Positions 11,020 through 25,122 of a stretch of DNA of 56,728 bases are shown here, in pieces. Source of the stretch: Chiloscyllium plagiosum (taxonomy: Eukaryota); assembly GCF_004010195.1 (NCBI RefSeq), contig NC_057728.1, forward strand, positions 49,029,361-49,086,088, written 5' to 3'. The first letter of the stretch is position 1; each line of letters begins with the position of its first letter. The notes beneath the pieces are model-generated. The model saw only the letters and a program-made list of their open reading frames with translations. It was not told where the DNA came from and made no database searches. A program made the position numbers and the translations under genes.

Positions 11020-14000
11020 CTTCTTTCAGCTAGCCAATTTCTGATCCAAACCGCTAAATCAACCTCAATCCCATGCCTTCGTATTTTGTGTAATAGCCTA
11101 CCGTGGAGAATCTTACCAAACGCCTTACTGAAACCCATTTACACCACATCAATTGCTTTACCCTCATCCAACTGTTTGGTTACTTCTCAAAGAACTCAAT
11201 AAGGCTTGAGGCATGACCCACCCTTCACAAAACCGTGTTGACTATCCCTAATTAACTTATTCATCTCAAGATCATTATGAGTTCGATCTCTTATGACCCT
11301 TTTGAAAACTTTACCCACAACTGAAGTAAGGCTCACAGGTCTATAATTACCAGGGTTGTCTCTACTCCCCTTCTTGAATAAGGGAACATTTGCTATCCTC
11401 CAATCTTCTGGCACTATTCCTGTAGACAATGAGTACATAAACATCAAAGCCAAAGACTAGACAATCTCCTCCCTGGCTTCCCAGAGAATCCTAGGATAAA
11501 TTCCATCTGGCCCAAGGGATTTATCTGGTTTTACACTTTCCAGAATTGCTAACACCTCCTTCTTATGGACTTCCATCCCATCTAGTCTAGTAACCTGTAT
11601 ATCAGTATTCTCCTTGACCATATTGTCTTTTTCTAGTGTGAATACGGATGAGAAGTATTTATTTAGTGCTTCCCCCATTTCCTCTGGCTCCACACACAAC
11701 TTCCCACTACTACGCTTGATTGGCCCTTATCTTATCCCAGTCATTCTTTTATCCCTTATATATCTATAGAAAGCCTTAGGGTTTTCCCTGACTTCTCATG
11801 TCCCCTCCTGACTCTTCTTAGCTCTCTCATTAGGTATTTCCTGCTAACCTGTAACTCTCAAGCACTCTAACTGAGCCATCACATCTCTTCCTAACATAAG
11901 CCTTCTTCCTCATTCCCAACGTCTAGGTTCAAATTTGAATATCACCTTTGAGAAATTATTTTGTACAATATCTATGGTGAGCAGCAGGGAGTAAAAGGAC
12001 ATGTACCCAACAAAACGTGACAGAGAGCAGTACAATGTTTCAGTCGTTTAGCAAGTTTTATCCAACTTTCTCATCCTATCAAATTATTGCTTAACTATTT
12101 GTTTGATTCTACCAAACATAAACCTACAGAAACCTTTATGTGGGATGGTAAGAGGAATATGCTAATGGACAAAAATTCAGAGTCTTGGACTAATAATCTG
12201 TGCACAGGTATTCAAAACCCCCCCATGAAAATCAACTGTAACCGAGTTGGTCGCACAATTGTCGTTGAATCAAGTGTGAACTGAAGTTTGTCTCCAGGAT
12301 TAGGCACAATATTTCGGGCTGCCACAGCCAGGGCAGCAGAGAGGCACTGTGGATGAGACATTAATCTGATGATTTTAAATGCAGATGGAAAGAGATCCAG
12401 CACCCTATTTCTCAGAGTTATCCTTTGCTGATTTTTCTTTTTATTGGCCAAAATGCAATCAAACAGCAGTGGAAAGAGATTATTTGATAATAATCAGATA
12501 GCTGCTGTTTGTCAGGGATCTCGGACTACAAATTGGTTGTTGGGTTTCCCACACAATATACAGCAACTACATTTCAAAAGTACTTCATTGGCTATGAATT
12601 GCTTTCAGAATGTCCTGAGGTCATGAAAGGTATCAAATAAAATCTTTTATAGCCACTAGGGAGTGGAAATAAGTCTAGAGATACAAAAGTTAGCATCAGT
12701 AACCATGAAATTGCCAGACAGTCTTAAAAGCCTATTTGAATTTTCTACCCACCCTCAAGTGCTAGTATGTCTGGCTGACTTGCTCCTTCAATCCCACAGA
12801 AGTGTGTTTGCCCCTTAATATCTCTGTGAACTGGTCTTGTAAGGTACTTTGTTGCACAGGAATGAGTAATAGCGATCTAATGATGCCCGCGTCCCATAAC
12901 TAAATTAAAATAATTAAAATGTTTGGATAGTAAGACAAGAGAATATTTTAACATTAGATCTCATGAGTTTAAGGTCCATGTTTATGAATAGCAATATACC
13001 GAAAAGAACAGCTTTCATGAGAAGTACGACTGCAGTTTGGTTATTTAGTTTGTTTCAAAACAGAAAATGGGAATGCATCAGCTTGGTTTAATGTAATTCC
13101 CTGGCCCTAAACTGCAATGTGCACAGGAGATCCATAAATCAAGCTATCACTGCTAGCATTTGGAAACAATATATAATATATGTTCTTATTTTCTAGAGGG
13201 GTTTGGCTTGAAAATCAGCAATTCCAAGAAAAGGCTCTGGTAATCTCAGGAATCCAGGAATTTATGGACAAAAACAGAATCGTGGTCAATCTAATTCACC
13301 TTCCATTCTGTTTTTATTTGCCTAATATGTTAATCAAGTTTGTTGAATAATCATTGCTGTCAATCAGTATAATGCACACCTGTTCATGACACAGGGATAA
13401 ACCAAGAGTTGGGAAGCTTTGGGCACTACTGATCCAAATGGTACCCATTCCTCAAACTTCTTACACTTCCCACATTATGTCCCACGTCCTGCCCTAAATC
13501 TTTCATACTGCCTTTCAAATCTTTACACCATTCAAATGCATCTCCTGAAGTACTCTTCTCCACAGTACTTACTTGACATTAATTTTTAATTCACCCCATT
13601 CAAACGTAAGCTATGTTCTCTGCTTTAACTGTTCTGGACAAAGTGAAATAATTTCTCATGAACAACATTATTGATTTTCTTCAGAATCCTAAAAGGACAG
13701 CAATCATATAACAGCTCAACCTCCTTTTTTTTCTAGGGTGAGAAAGGCTAATTAACATAATTGTTATTCATAACTTCCCATTCTCGTCACATTTTTCCGC
13801 TGCACCCTTCCTGCACATGCAGTATCCTTTTTAACGTGCAGCATTCTAAGTGAGCTCACATAAACGATTTATAAGTGCAGGATTAGCTAATTATTTCAGC
13901 TCTATATCAATCTTTTAAACATATCACCATCTAAATGTGACTTGCTAGTGCTAGATCATCTTGTACAACCCTGCAGCCAAACACTTCTTTTCACATTGTG

Positions 14001-14517
14001 ATCGGATTCTGATATATTGTAAGCTATCCCTACTTTGGTCCACTTATCTGCAGCAAGCTGAATCCAGAGCAACAAAATTAATTTTCTCTCAGACACCAAA
14101 CTGGCACTTGCGTGACAGTCAGCAGCATTACGTGATTCAAAATAAAATTAAAATTTCCTTAAATAATCAAATTAATATTCAACAACTGCTTGTTAAGCAC
14201 TCTTACTTGAAGGTCTGGGCACAATCTTTGGTAATGTGTTATAGAGTTGGGGTGGTGGGGATTTTCCTTTTAAAACCTTATTTGTGAAGAAACACAATGT
14301 GAGCATTAATTACTGAAAAAACCTAGCATAAGGTTTCCCACCAACTCAAAATAAAGCAGAACTGTTGTATAGTTTTGTAATATCTTAGTCGTAAAACTAC
14401 ACAGCTCATAAAAATATTAGGTTTAAAAGTGTTATAAAGCATTATTAAGCTTCAATTCTTTCCTAATACCATTTTAATGGATTCTTACAGCACTGCAGGA
14501 TTAAAGAAAAAAAGTCA

Positions 14518-14523
14518 TTTATT
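14518..14523 (-). terminator. YEATS4: Candidate polyadenylation signal of YEATS4
   Basis: AATAAA on the minus strand ~310 nt after the stop codon, followed by a T-rich tract. Confidence 0.55.
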
Positions 14524-14833
14524 TAGACATGTGCTTTAAAAATTAAACACCTGAAGTATAAAGCATAAATATGCTTACACAGAAAGTTCATATAAAAAAC
14601 AGCCACATCCATTCCCTTCACTTCACTGTTGGACAACACAGTTTGGAACACTAGTAAGCCTGTTCAAGATGGGACTCTCAACTTAGATGTAAGCAAGCTC
14701 AGTTCAAATTAAAACAAACCGATTGAATAACGTGACTTCCAGTCATCAAGCTTTTGCTTTATACAGAGCAAAACTGCTGTCAGCAAATGTTTCAAGCTTT
14801 TCTCAGAAGATTTCCAGTTAACTTAGTGGATAG

Positions 14834-15003
14834 TTAAGCTTCCTTTCCCTGATCATCATCTTCTATCTTTTTGATTTCACTCTTTAAATAGTTGATGGCT
14901 TCCCGACTTGCTTTCAATCTTTCTTTAAACTCTGCAATTTCAAAGCTGGTCTTCTTCTTGGCAGCTTCCAGCTTTTCCCTGGTTTTCACCTCAAGCTCTG
15001 CAA
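14834..15003 (-). CDS. YEATS4: YEATS4/GAS41 coding exon 7 (C-terminal coiled coil, stop)
   Basis: ttttctag| then (F)AELEVKTREKLEAAKKKTSFEIAEFKERLKASREAINYLKSEIKKIEDDDQGKEA-TAA; 170 nt. Confidence 0.97.
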
Positions 15004-16449
15004 CTAGAAAACAAACAGTTTTACAGAATATATATGTTTATAATAAATTTTACTATCAAATTTACATTACTTTCCACATTTCATTTTTGTATAGAACTGC
15101 TGACAGTCACAAAACTGCCTGGCTGCCTTTATATTCTGAAGATCCTTTATCAATAACATTGAATTTTTGCATGAATTACACCTTGGAAATGAATTTTGGA
15201 GTTGGATTTCATTTACCTAAGGAGAGGTTTTAAAATATAATCCAGAACTGAATCAAGAAGTGCTAATAGCTGAAAACGGATGATTATTAGAATTTACAAA
15301 AACATACTGATGCATACACCACCTTTTAATGATTCTCAAATTTAACTTCTTTTTGCGGCAATATTAAGACACAGCTGTACTCTTCAGCTGAACCAGCAAG
15401 AAGGTGCTCCTTCCTAGCTCGCTGAATAAAATGACCATCTCAATCGTGTCATATCCTATCATTATGGTGGGGAGCACTGAAAATAAACATAACTTAAAGA
15501 GGGACAGGAAGGAAGAAAAGGAGAAGAAAATGTACTCTATGCAACTATAACAATAACTACAATATAATCAAAGTCAATTACCGCTAATGCATTCCTAGCT
15601 GCAATTAATAAATCTATCACATGAGGTGTAATGGAGTAATTCCTACATTCACAGCCCTCGATTAAATCTCATGTGCATTTGGAAGTAGGAGATGTGTACG
15701 TGTCTCAATACCAGAGTTGGGGAGCAGGATAGCCTGCAGGGTCTCCACTGCTGACTCCTATTCCCTTGTGTGGATTTCAGTTGAGTACAGAGTTGACCTT
15801 GGCCAAGGCACCACTTACACAGTTAGCTTGTCTAAATTCACATTTAAAGGGCTAAGTTAGTGGGTGATTGGCAAATGGCCACTACTTGTTGTGAACCATT
15901 ACTTCTGCAGGATTTGCATCTGGCAAGAGATGAATATCTTTCACATCCCCAGCACATGACAAAGTGCTTTTCTTATTGTGGGAAATAAGTTACTTTTGAA
16001 GAAGACATGATTATATAGGGAACAATAACAAACATTTTTAAGCAGCAAGGTCCAATGAAAAAGAGCAATTGTGTTAAAATGACTAGTTAATAGTTGCCAT
16101 TACAAACCAAAAGCTGAAAAGTGGAATAAGGCTAGAAAAGACCATTAATGGCTGGGACATTGAATCAAATAGCATCCTTCTGTGCTGCAAATCTTTCCAT
16201 GTAATTTGAATTAAACATTGGTCAACATACCTAGAAGACTTGCAGCTCTCTTTCAATTAATGGATCAGGAACTTTTTCATCCACCTAAACAGTCAGGGTT
16301 TCAATCCAATGTCTCATCTACAAACTGGTACCTCTGAAAGCTTAGCGCTAGCGGCACTGTATTGAAGTATCAGCCCATATAATATGTTTATAATCTGGAA
16401 GGAAATCTGACTAATCTGATTACTTTTGATGCTGATTTATGCGATCAGT

Positions 16450-17160
16450 TAGCGAATTTTGAGAAGTTTTGTAGCTCAGGCTGAGGTTCTGGATGTAGAT
16501 TTGCTTGCTGAACTGGAAAGTTTGTTTTCAGACGTTTCATCACCATACTAGGTATTATCAGTATGCCTCCGGAACAAGCGGTGGTGGCATGGCCCACTTT
16601 CTCTTTGTGTGTTTAGGTTTCCTTGGGTTAGTGATGTCATTTTCTGTGGTGATGTCATTTCCTGTTCTTTTTCTCAGTGTGGTGGTAAATGGGATCCAGG
16701 TCAATGTGTTTGTTGATACAGTCCTAGTTGGAATGCCATGCTGAGGAATTCTCGTGCGTGTCTCTGTTTGGCTTGACCTGGGATGGATGTGTTGTCCCAG
16801 TCGAAGTGGTCTCCTTCCTCATCTGTACGTAAGGATACTAGTGAGAGTGGGTCATGTCTTTTTGTGGCTAGTTGATGTTCATGTATCCTGGTGGCTAGTT
16901 TCCTAAAAGCATGGCATTCCAACCGAACTCTACCAACAAACACATTGACTTGGATCCCATTTACCACCCCCGAGAAAAATATCAGAAAATGATGTCACCA
17001 CAGGAAATGACATCACCAACGCAAGGAAACCTAAACATATAAATAGAAAGCGGGCCATGCCACCAGCATTTCATCCAGAGGCTCACTGATGATGTTACCT
17101 AGTATGGTGACAAAACATCTGAAAATGAACCTTCCAGCTCAGCAAGCAAACCCACATCCA
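16450..17160. mobile_element. PLE (second family, Poseidon-like) 3' end with inverted duplication
   Basis: GIY-YIG C-terminus RIHEHQLATKRHDPLSLVS..FDWDNTSI.GQAKQRHAREFL on the minus strand. The arm is repeated in inverted form at ~16905-17160 with a degenerate CTGATGA hammerhead core at ~17086. Confidence 0.85.
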
Positions 17161-17573
17161 TGCTATCAGTGCTCCTGCATTGCTGGCCATAAAACGTCCA
17201 AGTGAGATATGGTCTTTCTATTAAACTGTTTGCATTATTTGTTTTCCTCATTTGCAATAGTTTGATAGTGTATATCCAAAATACAATTACTGTACAATGC
17301 CAATCATTTCCAACCATTTGATACAGACAGTTCTATCTACAAACATCTTTTAACATGTGACATTCAGGAAGTACATTACACAAGTAGCATTTTGAAAAAA
17401 ACTTCATGAAGCACTTCAGTATATACAGAAGTTTTGAAAGGCACTACATGAATCCTTTTTCTTTTACTGTCAATTGTTACTAAAGGAAACAAATGATCAT
17501 AATCACTTTTTAGAATGACATAAATGCACTTTCCATGTGACTTAACTATAAAGATATATCAATAAGATCTTAC

Positions 17574-17661
17574 ACTCCGTTTCATGTTTGTAGGCTCCAA
17601 GTGTCAATTGTCGAGATGTTGTCAACAGTTGTTGCATCATTGCAGTAGGATCTTGGAAAAT
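17574..17661 (-). CDS. YEATS4: YEATS4 coding exon 6
   Basis: tag|IFQDPTAMMQQLLTTSRQLTLGAYKHETE+T|gtaaga; 88 nt. Confidence 0.97.
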
Positions 17662-17829
17662 CTAGATCCAAAAATAGGCAAACAGCAAATCAGGTTATTT
17701 TGCTGTCTCTGCATGTTTAAAAAGTGTCCACATTTGTCTATCTTTGTGGTCACCTAAAAAGATTTATTGTGCAAAAGATTCTGTTCTGTTCTTCTGAGTT
17801 ACATTATTTTGGAAGAATGTATAAGGTCA

Positions 17830-19410
17830 CTCAGTCCAAGCCTGAAATCTACTGGATTGAAACATTCAACATACAGAGCAAAATGATAAAACTGAACTTA
17901 ACCTCAATTCTACATTCCTGCATACCCCTGACAAATCTTTCATTCCCATGGGAATAAAAAAATCTATCTGTCTCTGCCATAAAAATATGTAAAGATTTGT
18001 GTCCACTGCCTTTTGAAGAAGGGAATTCCAAAGACTCTTGACCCTTTGAGAAAAAGTATTCTTAATCTTGGTCTTAAACAGGCAACATCTTATTTTTGAA
18101 CCATGAACCTTAGATCTAGGTTCTTTCAAGAAGAAACATCCTTTCCACATCCAACTGGTCAAGTCCTCTCAGGATCTTATACTTGGTAATTAAATCACCT
18201 GACTCTTCAAAATCCAGAGGATACATGCCTGGCCTGTCTAGATTTTGCTCATAAGGCAATCCACCCTTTCCAGGTATGAATCTGGTGAACCTTCTTTCTA
18301 ATGCATTAACATCCTTCAGTAAGTACAGTGACTGGTGCTGTCTGCCTTACTCCAGATGCAGTCTCATTAACGCCTGTATCACTGAAGCATAATCTCCCTA
18401 CTCTTGCAATCAGTTCCCTTGGTAATAAAACATAATCTTCTATTAGCTTTCCTGATTACTTGCTGTACAAATCAACCTTCTGCGATTGATGCACAAGGAC
18501 ACCCAAATCTCTTTGTATCTCAGAGCTCTGCAACTGCTCACTATTTAGATAATATGCTTCTTTTTTATCCTTTATGCCAAAATGTACAATTTCCCACATT
18601 GCAGTCCATTTGACATATCTTTGCCCACTCACAATCTATCTATATCCCTCTGTAGGCTCTTTATGTTCTCTTTCCTACCTATTGTTGCAGCAATTACACC
18701 CGATTTTGGTCCCCTTACTTGTGAGGGACGTAATTACATTGGAGGCAATTCAAACAAAATTCACGAGATTGGAATCTAGAGATAAGGGGTTTGTCATATG
18801 AAGAGAGATTGAGCAGCTTAGTCCTTTATTCACTGGAGTTTCAAAGAATGAAGGCGGTCTAACTGACATATATAAAGATGCTAATGGGGACTGACAAAGT
18901 AGATGTGGATACGATGTTCTTCATGTAGGGCAATCTAGAATAAGAGGTCATAGGAGTAGAAGGTGACGAGGAGAAAATTTTTTTTCTCAAAAGGTCACGA
19001 ATCTGAAGTTCACTACTGCAGAGTACAATGGATGCTGAGGACCTAAAAGTAAATTTGAGGAGATAAACAGATTTTTAGTTAGTAACGGGTTAAGGATTAT
19101 AGAGAGCAAACAGGAAAGTGGAATTAAGGCCAAACTGAGATTAACCACGATCATAGCAAATGGCACAGCAGGCTCAAAGAGTTGAATTGTCTACTCCTGC
19201 TCCTAGTTCTTATGTTCTTATTAGCAAATTTAGCTACCATGTCTTTGGTCCTTTCATCTAAATCATTTAGATAAATTGTAAAGAATTGACCAACCCCTGT
19301 GGCACACCACTCAACATCCTGCTAGCCTGAAAAAGACGCATAGATTCTACTCCTTGCTTCATGTAAACCAGCAGGTGTGTCACCCCCAACATTGTGGGCT
19401 TTTATTTTCT
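17830..19410. mobile_element. Old CR1 fragments (minus ~17830-18680 and ~19220-19410, interrupted by a plus-strand CR1 3' end ~18690-19220)
   Basis: FSQRVKSLWNSL on minus; LEAIQTKFTRL and a ...TTCTTATGTTCTTA tail on plus. Confidence 0.65.
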
Positions 19411-19574
19411 GAAATGTTTTGTAGTATTTTCAAATAGGAGCTCTCATAGTCATTCAATGTTTGTACTCTGAAGGTAGGTCGGTTACGGAAAGTAAAGAAT
19501 GTGCAATACTTACAGAGAACACTCACCATCACAAAACTGTGGCATATTCCTTCAGATTAAATGAGTTGTATTTA

Positions 19575-19718
<144 letters not shown>

Positions 19719-20293
19719 CTATTTAACAGAAAGAATCATAGTAAATTTTTTGCAATAAGAATTATGATTATACAGAACAATTGAATTTACAGAATGTGAA
19801 AAATTACACTGAAAACCAAGTTAAAATTGTCAGTTGGGCTCAACAGTCTGACACTCGCATGTACTGGAAGCTAGACATAGGAGGAGGCAGGGCCTTGTTC
19901 TTTGTAGACAGAAATAACACGTGCATGCACATCATTTGTTTTAACTCAACAAAACAGGTGACGACCATACCTTAGGGCAATGCCCTGACCACTCAGAGCC
20001 AAGCTACTGGTTTAAGATTTAAGCAAAGTTTGACAGTTAATTTTCTAACAGTACTAACTGGTATAACCTCCATGGCAATGCATCTACCAATCAGAATCCA
20101 CTTGTCAATCAAGCAGCACTCTTCTCTCATGGACAATAAATATTATTTTTTCCTTGGAAAATATTCTTGCAAATTGTCCTGCTAAGTCGAAAGTAAAAAG
20201 TCTCAGCCAAAGGGTCTTTTAACCAGCAATACTCAAGTACGCTACCAAATGACTAAGATGTTTCTTCCTAATTTTGAAATTAGACATTTGCTA

Positions 20294-20428
<135 letters not shown>

Positions 20429-20679
20429 CTATTAACACAGTTTTTCAGAAATCAGTTGGATTGAAATATTCAACACAGAGTAAAATAATAAAGATGGAAG
20501 AAAATCTTTTTCTTTCTACAATTCCATTGAAATTTTGTCAGTTACAAAAATACTTATTCCGGACACACAGATGATACTGACAAGGCAATATTTAATGTTC
20601 ATTTCTCGTTGCTTGAGGCTATAAAAAAAATCAGTCTCATTGTAAGGGACTGAAGTCACATGTTGACCCGATCCTTTAA

Positions 20680-22005
20680 ACAGAGGGATCTGGATGTGTG
20701 TGATATTAAAGAGTTAACTTGCTCTGCTGACCTGCAGGAAATTCGATGTCCCGAGGCTAGGGTGGGATGTCTCTGACTTGCGGTTAGGTTGTAAGGATGT
20801 TTCCATCTCTTGGCATTCAAAGCCATTCCCTAGTTATTCAAAAGCCATTTACATTGTCATCTCCTACTATTTACATTTTCATTCCCTATTCAGAAATCAA
20901 TAAGAACATTATATTTTGGAATTTTAACTCCCTGTAGGTTAAAAAAAATACAATTCACACCAGATCTGGCCATGAAGGGATGATTTGCATTACATTGTTT
21001 CTGGAAGGGAGGCGTCACTGCATTGTGTCTTAGTGACATGTGACTGTGAGGGAGTGGCTCAGTGTTAGCTTGTGGGTATTACTAACTATGATGTAAAGAT
21101 TCTGTATAAAGGAGGGACTGTCTTGTTTGTTCGGGGAGAGCTTTGACATGACTCTACAAGCCCTGTGAGGTGTGTGTTAAAGTTCCTCCAGAAAGTTTGT
21201 GTTGTACTGTGCTTAATAAAATTTTGATTGTTCACAGAAGTTGGTGTGTTGCACTTGCATCATGTGTGAAAGAACCTCAGACAAAAAGAACCTAACAATG
21301 TGCAGATCCACAATTCTGTGAAAGTGACAACACAAGTGGATAAGGTGGTCAAGAGAGTATATGGGCATGCTTGCCTTCATCAGTCTGGGCATAGAGAGTA
21401 AAAACTGACAAGTCATAATGCAGCTGTACAGAACTTTAGTCAGTTAGGCTACATTTGGAATATTGTATACAGTTCTGACCACCACACTTTCAGAAGGATG
21501 AGATGGTTTTGGAAAGGGTACAAAAATGGTTTACCATGATATTACCTGGTTTTGAGGGTATTAGTCATAAGAAGAGATTGGACAAAGTTGATTTGTTTTC
21601 ACTTGAACACAGGAGGTTAAGGGAGGACTTGACACAGTTTATAAAATTATGAGAGGCAAAGATAGAATAGATAGTCAGGGTCTTTTTCCCCTAAGTAGAA
21701 AAGTCAAGTACTAGGGGACATAAGTTTAAAGTAAGTAGGGGAGTAAGTTTAAAAGACTTGTGAAACACAAGATTTTTACAAAGTGGGTGCTAAGTGCTCG
21801 GAATGCACTGTCAGAGGATGTGGTAGAAGCAGATACAATAACAACAGTTAATAAGCATCTTGACAGTTACATGAATAGACAGGAAAGAGAGGGATATGGA
21901 CTGTATGGAGGTAAGGAGTTTTTAGTTTAGAAAGGCATCACGTGTTGGTGCAGGTTTGGTGGGTTTGAAGGGCTGATTCTTGTGCTGTACTATTCTTTGT
22001 TCCTT
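20680..22005 (+). mobile_element. CR1 LINE 3' fragment interrupted by a solo LTR
   Basis: CAGAGGGATCTGGATGTG..CAGATCCACAATTCTGTGAAAGTG is contiguous CR1 sequence across the LTR; CR1 tail near 22000. Confidence 0.75.
20699..21297 (+). mobile_element. Solo LTR (599 bp) with 5-bp TSD
   Basis: TG...CA termini; ATGTG at 20694-20698 and 21298-21302; TATAAA at 21105-21110; AATAAA at 21215-21220. Confidence 0.85.
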
Positions 22006-22612
22006 GAAGGGCTTTGATGAACAAGTTGAATATTTATCATTCCTGTATCTCATGCTGGCCGACAAACGATCTGATTTGCTGAATATAATTTCCGATCCAT
22101 GGTGCAATCAATAGTCATGACCCCTGGGCAGTTAGCCTAGTATTCGAACCACCAACCCGACCTTGTCACATTCAAATCATAAGGCAGAGGCCAAGAATTT
22201 CCAAGAAGGAATTTATTCATCTTCATAAGACAGCCAAGTGTTGCTGTGTATCAAATTTGCTTTTTTTTAAACAGATTGTTATTAGAAAGCATGTAGGAGC
22301 ATTAACTGAAACTTAATACAGGATCCCTTTGACTTTATTGAATGCTTTCCAACGGATATTGTGTGCTTTTTTTCCTCAGTTTGTGTTCATGGTAGATCCT
22401 GATAATTTCTGCTAATTGCATAACAGTTGCACACATAACTGCAGAATTGCCCAATTATCTTCCAATGTGCAATTCTGGCAGAGAATTTACAATCGACATA
22501 TAACCTGTCTATTCACATACGAACAAATCTGTATGTTTACAGCAACTTGTTTTTGTTTTTACAATTTTTTTTAAAGAACTTACTGAAATATAATTTTCCA
22601 AAAGGTATTTTA

Positions 22613-22777
<165 letters not shown>

Positions 22778-23080
22778 TTACAGACACTTGATTATAGAGT
22801 GGGGCTCGAACCCAAAACCTGACTACTCAGCTTTGAGAATGCTACCACTAACTAAAGCTTAACACCTTTACAGTACTAGGCATCAAACCAATAACTTTCT
22901 TGATCATATAATTTAACGACTTACAGTCTTAATTAGTAAGAGCTTGGACAATCCCAGTCCTGATAACTTTTCTTAAACTAAGACACCCATTTTTGACAAT
23001 CTAGTCACTTACTGATGCTCAGAAGCTTTTCATGCTGTTATTTTGTTGTGGCAGTAGAAATTGAGTATGAACTAAAATAT

Positions 23081-23261
23081 TCGAGGAGAAAGTGAGGACT
23101 GCAGATGCTGGAGATCAGAGCTGAAAATGTGTTGCTGGAAAAGCGCAGCAGGTCAGGCAGCATCCAAGGAACAGGAGAAGGGCTTATGCCCGAAACGTCG
23201 ATTCTCCTGTTCCTTGGATGCTGCCTGACCTGCTGCGCTTTTCCAACAACACATTTTCAGC
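23081..23261 (-). mobile_element. Hairpin PLE derivative with 15-bp TSD
   Basis: TATGAACTAAAATAT at 23066-23080 and 23262-23276; an unpaired tail plus inverted arms. Confidence 0.9.
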
Positions 23262-23715
23262 TATGAACTAAAATATACTATTTGATGTGTACATAATTAA
23301 CTTAATTGCTCATCCCTAATGAAACGAAGATGAAGTGAACCCACCTGATATTTCAATAGTCACAAAGGAACATGCACAGTGCAAGGATGGACTTTAAAGT
23401 CCAAGGATGCTGATCAAAGTTTACACTTTGATGTTCAAGAAAACAGCATTCATTTTTTTCATTTTCCAGGTGAGGATTATGCCAGACTTTATTCAAATAT
23501 AAAGTAGTACAAAACCAATGTTAAATCAAAAAGTTAAAAAAGCCACTTATTTATTAATATTAGAGTGTCTACAAGTAATGATATATTCTCTGTATGTCCT
23601 CCCAACAATGTAAAAAAGATCATTTATAAATTAGCTTTACATTGATTTATAACGTGTTCAATACTCAGTTATCGTATTTGTAAGTACATACCAAGGACTA
23701 AATAGCAGAACTCAC

Positions 23716-23835
23716 TTCGTTCCTGTAAGGTTTTACATATACGGTCCACTGATGAGTGTGTCCATCTTCCTCTCGTTTCTTTCCAAAATAACGAGCAACA
23801 TTTCCAAAGACTATTGGTTTAACTATCGTGACACC
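23716..23835 (-). CDS. YEATS4: YEATS4 coding exon 2
   Basis: tacag|[40 protein letters not shown]|gtgagt; 120 nt. Confidence 0.97.
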
Positions 23836-24509
23836 CTGTATATGAGAACATCAAGAAAATACATCTTAGTTCCTTGATGTTTCCCGAATGTTAAAGAATG
23901 GTCAGCTTTTAAAAACGAGTTACAAAAAGAAACTAGAAACCAGAAACAATATATTTCCATACCAAATTGCAAAGAGCAAAGCAAAAGGAACAAATTAACA
24001 GTAGTTACCCCTCAGTCACTAAAGCAGTCTTTCCTCTTAGGAATTAATAAGTAATATTTTTGAATTAAGTTGTTTGGAGATGTTATTACACATGTCTGGA
24101 GCAGATGGGACTTGAACCCAGGCCTTCTGGCACACAGAAACTAAAGTCCTCCACTGGTAAGCATGCTAAAACTTACTTTGGAATAAGGTCCAGCAGGGAG
24201 TGATCAAAATCAAATGGTGGAAAACAATAGAAGCAAAGCTTCAACAATTCACACTCACTTGAATTTGAAGAATTAAATACTGCCCTATCAATCAGATATG
24301 TGGACAGATTTTTGGTAGCTAAAAAAATTGAGAATATGTGCAGGAGGGTGGAATTGAGGTAGCTTATCAACCATGATTTTGTTGAATGGCTTGGCTTAGG
24401 CTCAAATGGATAAATGGCCTATTCCAATTTCTATTTTAGAAGGTTCTTATATAAATCACCAGAAGTTACGATCTAGTAATGATGTCACCCAATGATAGTA
24501 CTGGAGAAT

Positions 24510-25122
24510 GCGAGGTGCTGCATTTTGGGAAAGCAAATCTTAGCAGGACTTATACACTTAATGGTAAGGTCCTAGAAAGTATTGCTGAACAAAGAGACCT
24601 TGGAGTGTAGGTTCATAGCTCCTTGAAAGTGGAGTCGCAGGTAAATAGGATAGTGAAGGCGGCGTTTGGTATGCTTTCCTTTATTGGTCAGAGTATTGAG
24701 TACAGGAGTTGGGAGGTCATGTTGCAGCTGTACAGGACATTGGTCAGGCCACTGTTGGAATATTGTGTGCAATTCTGGTCTCCTTCCTATCGGAAAGATG
24801 TTGTGAAACTTGAAAGGGTTCAGAAAAGATTTACAAGGATGTTGCCAGGGTTGGAGGATTTGAGCTACGGGGAGAGGCGAAGGAGCAACTCTTTTACGCA
24901 GAAGATGGTACGCGTATGGAATGAGCTGCCAGAGGAAGTGCTGCAGGCTAGTACAATTACAACATTTCAAAGGTACCTGGATGGGTATATGAATAGGAAG
25001 GGTTTGGAGGGATATGGGCCGGGTGCTGGCAGGTGCGACTAGCTTGGGTTGGGATATCTGGTCGGCATGGGCAGGTTGGACCGAAGGGTCTGTTTCCATG
25101 CTGTACATCTCTATCACTCTAA
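24510..25122 (+). mobile_element. CR1/HER1-type LINE 3' fragment with internal deletion
   Basis: ORF 24623-25042 has LYRTLVRPLLEYCVQFWSP..LERVQKRFTRMLPGL; tail GTTTCCATGCTGTACATCTCTAT. Confidence 0.9.

Larger units (their letters stand above)
9735..11910 (-). mobile_element. CR1 LINE ORF2 fragment, degraded, with two PLE insertions
   Basis: ORFs with KSLGPDGIYPRILWE, GNYRPVSLTSVVGK, QGSVLRPLLFIIFINDLD..SKFVDDTK and LERIQRRFTRMLPGL. Confidence 0.9.

Noticed and set aside
14892..15233. Plus-strand ORFs overlapping YEATS4 exons (also 19461-19784)
   Set aside because: Antisense shadows of real exons, with no independent support.
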